NCBI RefSeq assembly: GCF_006345805.1
Contig: NC_043009.1
Coordinates: 18,910,001-18,974,000, forward strand
Direction: 5' to 3'
Source: Octopus sinensis
Taxonomy: Eukaryota
Length of the DNA stretch: 64,000 bases
The notes below the pieces were generated by a model, which was given only the letters and a program-made list of their open reading frames with translations, was not told the DNA's origin and did no database searches. Of the stretch, positions 25,301 to 36,297 are shown in pieces (the stretch's first letter is position 1; the number at the start of each line of letters is the position of its first letter). A program made the translations under genes and the position numbers.

Positions 25301-27750
25301 TGTGCATGTATGCATGTATGTGTGTATGTATACATGGGTGTATACATGTATATATGCATGTAGGTTTTTATGCATGCATGCATGTATGCATATATGTATG
25401 TATGTATATATGTATTTATACATATACGTATGTATGTACGTATGCATGTATGTATTTATGCATGCATGCATGGTTGCATGTATGTATGTATGCACGTATG
25501 TAAATATGTATGCATGTATGCGTGTATGCAGGTTTATATGTATGCATTTCTGTATGTATGTTTGTATGCATGTACATATGTATGTATTATGCATGTATTA
25601 TGCATGTATGTTTGTATGCATGTATGTATGAATGTAGTATGTTTGTATGAATGTTTGTATATTTTAGGTCTGTATGTATATATGTATTATGTATGTATGC
25701 ATGTATGTATGTATATATTCATGTAATATCTATGCTTGTATTCATATATGCACGTATGTATACATGTTTGTATGCATGTGTGCATGTATGCAAGCATGTA
25801 TGTATTATGTATGCATAGATATATATATATATATATATATATTATATCTTCATCATCCTTCGACCGTGGTCGAGACAATGGAATTTACTCTTACGCTAGA
25901 CATCACGTTACATCATAGCATTTCGGAGGTCCTGTTGCTGGATGCCTGTATCCCTGGAGACTACATTAGGGTAGGAGAATGTGCAGCCTCTGATCTCTTG
26001 AGCAGATGGCTTCCTGAGGAGGAGAAGATTAGAAATTTCCTCGTTTTCAGCTCTACAACAATGTCCAGCAAACTGGACTCTTCTACCTTTCACAAAAAAT
26101 GATACAAGTGGTAATTTCCCTTACTCTATATGTATACATGTATATATGTATGTGTGTATGTATGCATTCTTGTATGTACGTATGTATTCATTCTTGTATG
26201 CATCGATGCATGCTACTCTTTATGTATGTATATATGTATGCATGAATGTATGAATGTATTAATGCATGTATGTATGCATATATATATACGTACTTCCATG
26301 CAGGCAGATATACATACATACATGCATGCATATATGCATACATATATACACACATAAATACATAATGATTTCATACATATATACATACATACAAAATACA
26401 CATATATATATATACATACATACATGCATACATACATATATGTATACATACATATATGCATACACATGTATACATGCCCGAATGTAAATATGCATGCGCG
26501 TATGCATGCACGTATGCAAGCATACATGCATGCACACATGCATATATACATACATACATGCATGCATACATACAAACATACATACACATATACATACATA
26601 ATACATACAGATATGCATACATACATACATATAAACATACATGCATGGAAGCATTCCCATATACATACATATAAACATACATATATGCATATGTATATTA
26701 TATACACACATAATATTACATGCATTCATGCATACATACATACATGCGTACATATATTGATACATACATACATACTCCCATATATGCATACATAATTACA
26801 TACAAGCATACATATATGGATGCAAACATGTGTACATACGTACATGCGTAAAAACGTATGTATATATATACATACATGCATACATACATAATGAATAAAT
26901 GCATGTATACATACATATATACATGCATACTTGCATTCATGCATACATGCATACATACATACACGCATACATACATATATGCATACATACATATATGCAT
27001 ATATATATATACATACATGCATACATAAAGGGATATGTAGTTAGATGCATACATACATACAGACATACATTAATACATACATACATACATGCATACAGAC
27101 ATATATACATAATACGTACATACATTCATATATACATACATGCATATATGCATACATACAGACATGCATACATATATGCATACATGTATACATACATACT
27201 TTCATACAGACATGCATGTATGCATACATACATACGTACATACATAGGAAGATACATACATATATACGTACATGCATACATGCATATCTGCATTTACGCA
27301 TCCATATGTACCTACACACATGTGTACATGCGTACATTTATACATATATACATGCATATATGCATACATGTATACATGAATACATGCATACATACATGCA
27401 CAGTGCATACATACATACATACATGCATAGATGCAAACATACATAGATGAATACATGCATACATACATGCATACATGCATACTTTCATGCATGCAAAATG
27501 CATACTTGCATTCATACATACATGCAAACATGCAGATATGCATATATCTATATACATAAATGCATATATCCATACACACATGCATACGTAGATACATGCA
27601 TGCATACACACATATATACATGCATACATACACACATACAGACATACATACATGCATACATCCACATATGCATACTTGCATACATACATGCATACATCCA
27701 CATATGCATACTTGCATACATACATACACTCATACATACTTACATGCATT
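21140..27750. repeat. ~6.6 kb degenerate (TATG/CATA/TGCA) satellite with polarity switches
   Basis: CATA-type to ~21300, TATG-type ~21300-26270, CATA-type ~26280-27750. Almost entirely alternating purine/pyrimidine. Confidence 0.95.
25845..26105 (-). mobile_element. RTE-clade LINE 3' tip inserted in the satellite
   Basis: Minus frame RRVQFAGHCCRAENEEISNLLL...RGCTFSYPNVVSRDTGIQQQDLRNAMM, ending in a GAT-type tail. Confidence 0.7.
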
Positions 27751-27808
27751 CTTATTTTTAATATTTGTAAGTGACCGTGAATGCGTGTTCTATGTCGGGT
27801 CACCAATT

Positions 27809-28031
27809 TGTAAGGACCGTGTAATATGAGGTGAGGGGAATGGCTCTTTAGTACCACATCAAACAGCCCTTACCATAAAGAGAAAATTGAATAGAACCAA
27901 TAAATGCCAGATGGAAAAAGACACAACCGTATAAGAACGATTACGAGAATATTTATTGATATGTTAACGTGTGTCTGTGTGTGTGTCATGTATACAGAAT
28001 AATAGACAGGCCATCATAAGAACAAGATGTA

Positions 28032-28063
<32 letters not shown>

Positions 28064-28765
28064 TGTGTGCGTGCATAGATGTATGCGCGTGTGTTAAGAA
28101 CATATAAGGATGGCAATGAAGGAGACAATGAACTAGTCTCTAATGATCTAAGTGAGAAGTTCTCATAGACACAAGAACGATGATACCATTTCGTAGTCAA
28201 TAGGAGACGGTAGTTGAAGTACTGTATCAAGAAGTCGCGGCCATGATGCTGAGCCAGTACATGTCGTACGTGAAGTCGTGGCTGTGATGCTGCTGCCTGG
28301 GTCATGTGATACAGGAGTTCATGCAGGTTGTATATTCGCTGTTGATCCAGAGCGAAGCTGTAGAGAGATGATGTTAACGACGTTAAGAAGGATGGTGACG
28401 ACGAAGAAGAAGGTTGCCGTGAATGCTGTTGGACGAAGTTGGTAAGTCTCAAAACATAGCTGCTGCGGTGGTGGTGTACCCTGGCGTTGTCGCTGGAACT
28501 AGCTGTGTCTTTGTGGTCAGTGGCTAGACCTTAAAAGGCCTGGAACCAAAGACCCCAGAAAGAGGAAAAGCTGAATTTTTATAAGAAACTCTAGGCTAAA
28601 AACAGGGCTGTAAACAGGTTCTCCCACGTGACCTTAGTTAGGGCCTCCGACTGGTTATACGCGGCAGTTGGCGCGACAGAGTAAGAGACAAATTGTGCCA
28701 ATACCAACCAAATCAGAGTAGTGGACATCCAAATAGCGACCAAAGGTTAGCTGTTCCCTGCTACG
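27809..28765 (-). mobile_element. Gypsy-type 5' LTR (~957 bp) followed by a tRNA-Trp-like primer binding site
   Basis: Minus strand begins (c)GTAGCAGGG and ends CCTTACA, with TATAAAA and AATAAA inside. Followed by aat-TGGTGACCCGAC (plus 27794-27805). Confidence 0.75.
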
Positions 28766-30641
28766 TTCGAATGCACGTATATATTATAAAGAGGAGAGAG
28801 GAATTTCGCCTGAGGAATTTCGCTACGCATTCATTTCTCCATTTCTTGAGTATAACTGAGGAGTTATAATGATATCGAAACATATCCGTTGCTTTAAATA
28901 CAAGCTCCACTTCCATCTGCACTGTCCAGAGGGTTTCAATATCTTATCTTTGTTTGTTAGGTGAGATATATGCCTTTAGCATACGATGTGGAAGAATCTG
29001 ACAATTAGGTGTGCTGGGCAGGGTAGAAACAGCAATTGAACTTTGAGGAATAGGGAAAAGATGCTTTGAATTAAAATAACGAAGTTGTTCTCATTGAGAA
29101 CCAAATGAAATAGCTGAGTGAAGTTTATGTTTGCAGAAATACCTTACGGAATGCAGTGTATAACCTAGACAACAGAAATTAGTTAGAAAAAGAAAATGAG
29201 AAATATATCTTTAGATTAAGATGTATGGAATGCATTGTTGTTTTTGTTAAATCCAAAGATCATCTCTGAACAAGTAAACCAATGAGCAAAGACATTCCAA
29301 CCTTGACCATCTCATTGTTTTCACATATTGTATAGCTACATTATCTAACATCTTTCTTTTAAAGATTTAAGGGTGGTGTGATTTAGAGTGTTTTGGCTGT
29401 TATTTCTAGCAGCTGTGATGACCATGTAGAAACACCCCTTCAACTCATGTGTAATTTTAAATTAGTAAGAGATAGTGTGTAGGATAGGGTCACATTGAAG
29501 GTCATGCATATTGGTTAGAAGAGAAGAAATTGTTCAGCAGATTTTAGTGTTTCTTTTTTGGTGAGGAAGAAACCCTGACTGATGAATTGTTCTTCAAAAA
29601 TTGAGACCAGGGACCACAAAAGGTCACTAGAAATCACATTCGATGTGAATCCTGCGCCTCACTCAAACACTACATTATGAACAACTAGTTTACTAAGAAA
29701 GTTATCAAAGAGCTAGATTAAGAAGTATATCAAATAAATATAAAAGGTTTCAAATTCTGTAGTTGGGGAAATCCATTTGGTTTCTATGTGATGGTCTGAA
29801 TTATGTGAGGAGGTATTCCAATACTACTTTATTGTTATACCCATCTCTACATTCATCGGAAATAACATTTCTAGCTGAAAACTTCTGTATTACTGAGTTC
29901 AGAAAAATCTTTCCAAAATAGCAATATTTACTGCATGGTAATGTAGGCCAATCACACAAGGTGCAAATCCCAGAGTCACTCAAAACAATGGTCAGTGGCA
30001 GCATGCTTCAAAGCCTCATCTCAACCAGAACTAGATCATCATTTTCATGTCTCAAGTTCCCTCTAAATTCTATAATTTTGAGGCAACTGTTAAATCTCCT
30101 GCATCCCATGAGAAGTGCATTTTTTTATATTTAGTTCACTTCTCATGCTATTCTTTCAAAAACTTTGTATTTTGTCATCTTTTGAAGGGTGTTTTTTTAA
30201 TCTCTTCTTTCTCATTTTGTGCTTAAAGTTTTGTTACATTTAAAAAATGTTGCTGCTTTTATTGCTACTTATATAGCCGTTAAGGTTGTTCTGTTGATAG
30301 ATTACACGTCAACAAGTCAACAAACTGAAATTTGATCGACCAATTTGTATCAACATTCTCCTCTGACTTCTAACAAATTATACGGTCCAAGCTGACTTAT
30401 CCAACTTATTGTTTGTTTTGGTGCTTCTTTTATCATTGATTTTGACAGGACTTGAAACTTAGGATGTAAAAGAATAACGCAAAACATTTTATCCTGGGAA
30501 CACTAGTATACATTACATTCAATAATAATGATTTCAAACATAGGCGCATATCTGCCAATTTAAGATAGAGGTATATAGTCTCTATCTAACTGACTCCAAT
30601 ACTTGACTGGTGTTTATTTCATTGATCAGGGAAGGTTTTGA

Positions 30642-30741
30642 NNNNNNNNNNNNNNNNNNNNNNNNNNNNNNNNNNNNNNNNNNNNNNNNNNNNNNNNNNN
30701 NNNNNNNNNNNNNNNNNNNNNNNNNNNNNNNNNNNNNNNNN
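30642..30741. other. Assembly gap (100 N)
   Basis: Read directly from sequence. Confidence 1.
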
Positions 30742-30802
30742 TATATAGATATAATGCATGTATATATATATATTATATATATATATATATATAATATATA
30801 TG

Positions 30803-30833
<31 letters not shown>

Positions 30834-31475
30834 AGGCATGTATATATCTATATATATTATATATATATATATGCATGTATATATATATATGCATGCATAT
30901 ATATATGTGCATGTATATATATATATATGCATGATATATATATGTGCATGTATATATATATATATGCATGTATATATATATTATATATATATAGCATGTA
31001 TATATATATATAGCATGTATATATATATATATATAATATATATGCATGTAATATATATATATGCATGTATATATATATATGCATGTATTATATATAATAA
31101 TATGCATGTATATATATATATATGCATGTATATATATATATTATATATGTATGTATAATACATATATATATATGCATGTCAACTAAACATTGAACAAGCA
31201 AATACAAAGTCAACCCGCTGTCATTTCATAATTCGAACATTTAATTATAGAATAAACACATAACCCGCAAGATGGAACAAAATTCATATGTACAGCACAT
31301 AATAATAATAATATGGTATGGTGCGAGAAAAATTCTTATCATTAAAACTTAGAATTAATATCCTAGCGATTCAAAGAGAATACATTTATAAAAGGACGTA
31401 GAGGTGTTTTTTTTTTTACAACAAATAAATGAAAGAATGGAGTCGAACGACGAATTAACAAAATTCCTTTGTTTT

Positions 31476-31559
31476 ATTTTTGACATATGTTTCGAAGGCT
31501 GCATATTCCTAATTTCGAAGGAATAAGGGATGCATTATGCCGCCTTCTCATCAGGAAAA
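31476..31559 (-). ncRNA. Type I hammerhead motif with long stem II, in a Penelope-associated terminal repeat
   Basis: Minus strand: uuuuc CUGAUGA gaaggc...gccuuc GAAAC AUAU GUC aaaaa. The first stem I pair is mismatched in this copy. Confidence 0.7.
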
Positions 31560-33490
31560 GTAAGGAACTTATGTCAGCATCAAGATGCACAAAAATTTTT
31601 AGATGTCTGCCCACATGGAGCCCATATCAATAGTGAGTGTTTCTTTAAAATATTCCGTTATAGGCAGTGACATCAAAAATGTCGAAAATAAAATAAAGGA
31701 ATTTTGTTAATTCGTCGTTCAACTCCATTCTTTCATTTATTTGTATTAAAAAAAACACAGAAATTTCCACACAATAGCACGTGATCTCTGCCCTAGGCAT
31801 GTAGCTTCAACCGTGTTTTTCTGATGTGAATTTGCTACCCAGGTATCGGTTAACCGAATTATCCATAATAAGATAATCCATTCAACTACTCAATTATATA
31901 TATATGTATATATATATATATATTAAACTAAAATTATTGAACAAACAATGCAAGTCATCCGCATAGCATTTCATAATTCGAACATTTAATCATATAGAAT
32001 ACATATAAAACATCCCGCAAGATGGAACATGATTCATCTGTACAAGCATATAAGCATATAATAATAATAAGGTGCGAGAAAAATAAAATTTTTTTTCATT
32101 ACAGTTTAGAGTTAATACTTTAGCGATTCGGAAAAATACATTTTTAAAAAAAAAAACATTACAACACCTAGAAAGTAAAAATATAATATAAAGTAATATA
32201 TAGGTATATAAAAATATATAATATATATATATATATATATAGGAGCATATAAAAAATATATAATATATATCATGTAAATAAAATAAAAGTTCATCGTTTA
32301 GAAATCTTATAAAATTATTATTCAAGTAAGAGATGCCTTATAGTTAAAAAGGAAGCCATATTTACTTATCCCTATGGCCATTTCAGGGGTGTATTATTAT
32401 GTTTAAAGCACTAGGGTGCATCAAAATAATACCTCCTTCGTCAGGGGAAAAAATACATAAAGACAGACATCATTGTGTACCAGGCTAGCACAATGCTGTG
32501 TGCTTTCCTATTGAAGCATTCATGCTCGGATAAGCCCACAGCAGCTGCTGTGATGGCCCAACTCTCCAAACGAGCATGGGACAACAATATATATGGATTT
32601 TGTAGACAGGAACTGAAACAAATCAATCGTATATATATATATATATATGTATGTATATATGTAAGTGTATGTGTGTGTCTTTGTCTCTGTGTTTCGCAAC
32701 TATCACTGCTTCACAATTGCTGTTCATTTATTTACATCCACATAACTTATGGTTTCACAAGAACAAACTAAAAGAATAAATACCAGGCTTAACAACATAA
32801 AAAAAAGCACTAGGCTGTGTCTCATATTTTTGTTTGCCCTCTCAGTTGTATTTATCATATAGGCAAAATGTTTTGGAAAAGGTAAAGATAATAGTGTTAG
32901 GTATGATTATGACATGAATATATGCTAGGTATCAAAACAATTGACTTAGTGCCTGCTGAGAAAAAACAACTTAACATTCATTGTAAATATTTTCTTCCCC
33001 ACCCTGTCCGTATATATATATTTGTGTATATTTGTATATATATATATGTGTATATATATATATATTTATATATATATATATATCCACATTTCTATATACC
33101 TACATGTACCTATATATGTATATGTATACACATATACCTATATACGTATATGATCCCCATATACCTATATATACATAGATATATATTCACATATATAGAC
33201 CTACATGTATATATATCGACATATATACCTACATGTATATATATATATATATCCACATATATACATACATGTATATATGTATCCACAAATATACCTACAT
33301 GTATATATAGTGAAGGGACGTAACCTCAACCGTGTCTTTTCTAGTGTGATTTTTGCTACACAGGTATCGGTTAAACTTTGAATAATCCGTAACAAGATAA
33401 TTCATTTATCCATTTCATTATACATGTATATATATATATATCCACATATATACCTATATGTATATATATATATCCACATATATACCATAT

Positions 33491-34451
33491 GTGACAATTA
33501 TGTCCCAGTGTGCAGGGCCAGCACACACAAGGAAGATTCTTATGAGACGACGGACAAGGATTGCGAACCACCTGAGCAAGCACACCAAAAGTGGTGAGAA
33601 GTCTCGCCTCAAGAGAATGCTAATGGAAATTGAGAAAGCTTGTGTAATAGAAAATATCAAGTCAAACCTTAAAGCTTTCTTTAAGTTTGCCAAAGAGACA
33701 GCCGCAGTGTGCCAGAGTATAGGACCACCCTTCCAAAAAGATGGCTTCCTCACAGGAAATCCCACGAGGATAAGTGAAATACTGAACAAACAGTTCCAAA
33801 GTGTGTTCACTACACCCCTAGGACACAGGCAAGTAAACAAATCAGAAGAATTCTTTGCCACTTTAACTGTAGCCAAAGAGGCAAAAATTCAGTACATCAA
33901 CATTGAAAATGATGATACCACACTGGCTATAGATGAGGTTGACACAAACTCAGCTGCTGGACCTGATGAATTTCCAGCAATCTTTCTCAAATCGTGCAAA
34001 CGTGCTCTTGCAAAGCTGCTACAGCTTCTTTTTCAGAGCTTTCTTGCAAGTGGTAAGCTCCCAGTCAAATTGAAAGAGGGGGTAATATGCCCTATCCATA
34101 AGGGAGGAAGCAGAGCAGATGCTAAAATGATAGGCCTATCTCTCTGACCTCACACATCAGCAAAGTCATGGAACGAATAGTCCGCAAGAAACTAATCATG
34201 TTCCTTGAAGAAAATGACTTGCTGACTGACACCCAGCATGGATTTCGACCAGGTAGAAGCTGCCTAACACAGCTCCTGCAACACTATGACTGGGTGTTAA
34301 AACAGCAACTAAATGGCTCAAATGTAGATGTGATGTATCTCCACTTTGCAAAACCCTTTGATAAAGTCGACCATGGTATGATCTGTCACAAACTGCGTGG
34401 TCTCGGTATAGGTGGAAAACTTGGAGAGTGGCTGCACAACTTCCTAAAAGA
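33491..34451 (+). mobile_element. CR1-like LINE ORF2 fragment (RT N-terminal half)
   Basis: EILNKQFQSVFT, SAAGPDEFP, ICPIHKGG, YRPISLTS (frameshifted), QHGFRPGRSCLTQLL, VDVMYLHFAKPFDKVDH. Confidence 0.9.
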
Positions 34452-34521
34452 TACATATTTATGTATAAATATATGCACATATATATACCTACATTTATAT
34501 ATATATATATATATTTCTTTA

Positions 34522-34744
34522 CTGCCCACAAGCGGCTAAACACAGAGGGGACAAACAAGGACAGACAAACAGATTAAGTCGATTACATCGATCCCAGTGC
34601 GTAACTGGTACTTAATTTATCGACCCCGAAAGGATGAAAGACAAAGTCAACCTCGGCGGAATTTGAACTCAGAACGTAGCGGCAGACGAAATATGGCTAC
34701 GCATTTCGCCCGGCGTGCTAACGTTTCTGCCAGCTCGCCGCCTT
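34522..34744 (-). mobile_element. tRNA-derived SINE (family A)
   Basis: Reverse complement of the 1999-2240 element. Confidence 0.88.
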
Positions 34745-35084
34745 TACATGTATATATATATCCTCACATATATACCTACATATATATATATCCACATATA
34801 CATACCCACATGTATAAATATATATACCTACATGTATATATACATAGCTACATATATACCAACATGTGTATATATATATCCACATATACACCTACATGTA
34901 TATATATATATCCACATATATACCTACATGTATATATATATATATCTACATATATACCTACATGTAAATATATATCGACATTTATACCCACATGTGAATA
35001 TATATATATATATATATCTCCACATATATACCTACATGTATGTATATATATATATATATCTCCACATATATACCTACATGTATG

Positions 35085-35152
<68 letters not shown>

Positions 35153-35317
35153 TCAAATGAAATAAAAAACAGAACACAAAGGATGTCGTGGTACACATGT
35201 TTCAAGCTTTATACAACAACCAATTCTTACATCAATATATAATCGACATAACAGATGGTTTAAAGCTCTCTTAAGCCACATGCAATTGCTATACCAAAGA
35301 ATTACATCACATTATGA

Positions 35318-35590
35318 AATTATGAAAAATCCGAAAATGTACATTTGGTATTATCTATAATGGTGGGTATATTGAGTTTCACTGAGAAAGTATGTTTGTA
35401 AATCTTCATAATCAAATATGTGTGTAGGGTACCATTGGACCTCAAAAATCCGTCCATACTCTATCATACCCGTCTATACCCTACACACATATTTGATTAT
35501 GAAGATTTACAAACATACTTTCTCAGTGAAACTCAATATACCCACCATTATAGATAATACCAAATGTACATTTTCGGATTTTTCATAATT
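35318..35590. repeat. Perfect inverted repeat, 114-bp arms with 45-bp spacer
   Basis: 35318-35431 equals the exact reverse complement of 35477-35590, checked base by base. Confidence 0.95.
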
Positions 35591-35699
35591 TATACATATA
35601 TATATATCTACATATATACATGTATCCACATATACCTACATGTATATGTATCCACATGTACCTATATATATATATCCCTATATACCTATATATACATAT

Positions 35700-36042
35700 C
35701 CGGGTAAAGACCCCCTTCGGTCATGAATGACCATGGGATTGCACCTAGAAAGTTACCCTCCTAGACACAAGTCTGGGCAAGGTTGTTTATGGAAGACCAG
35801 CAGTCGCCCATGCATACCGGCCTCCCCTCTCCACGACACCAGTGTTATCCAAGGGAAAGACAAAGGTCGATACAGCTTGGCACCAGTGACGTCGCAACTC
35901 ATTTCTACAGCTGAGTGAACTGGAGCAACGTGAAATAAAGTGCCTTGCTCAAGAACACAACACGCAGCCCGGTCCGGGATTCGAGCTCACAACCTCACGA
36001 TCGTAAGCTCGACGCTCTAACCACTGAGCCATGCACCTTCAC
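35700..36042 (-). mobile_element. tRNA-derived SINE (third family, CORE-like segment)
   Basis: Minus head gaaggtgcatggctcagtggttagagcgtcg...tcgaatcccgg, then ttcttgagcaaggcacttt. Confidence 0.85.
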
Positions 36043-36297
36043 TAATACATATCCACACATACCTATATATATACTCTGTATTTCAGTTGTTTGAAAAAAA
36101 AGTCCGTTTCCATGGTTTCATTTTTATGTTTTTGTTTCTCTTTGTGTTCAACGTTTTTTTGGTGTCCTGTATCTATATATGCATGTATATATACATACAG
36201 ATGTAGGTATGTACATATATGTATGTATATATGCATATGTTTTATTTATTATTTTGTTATTATACCCATATATACGTATATATATATATATATATAT

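Larger units (their letters stand above)
32990..35700. repeat. Degenerate ~26-34 bp minisatellite (atatatccacatatatacctacatgt) interrupted by insertions
   Basis: Units visible at 33000-33490, 34745-35110 and 35590-35700. The motif recurs at ~36050, 39300-39520, 41240-41295 and 44770-44820. Confidence 0.85.

Noticed and set aside
21137-27857. Dozens of overlapping ORFs up to 244 aa rich in M, Y, V, C, H and I
   Set aside because: They are translations of a stop-poor TATG/CATA satellite, open on both strands and in all frames. The same applies to the ORFs at 10.8-11.4, 30.6-31.2 and 34.6-35.2 kb.
27964-28452. 162-aa minus-strand ORF as a host gene
   Set aside because: No recognisable domain, non-ATG start, ends in a microsatellite, and lies wholly inside the LTR.
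28856-28886. CTGAGGA...GAAACATATC hammerhead-like motif
   Set aside because: Stem II is mismatched, and I find no stem I pairing or proper stem III. At best a dead remnant.
29120-29240. KYL..AVYNLD resemblance to an RTE RT motif 7 region
   Set aside because: Requires several frameshifts and is not distinguishable from chance by eye.
29540-30480. Possible decayed piggyBac-like transposase on the minus strand
   Set aside because: Only scattered 3-5 residue resemblances in different frames and no TIRs. It needs a profile search.
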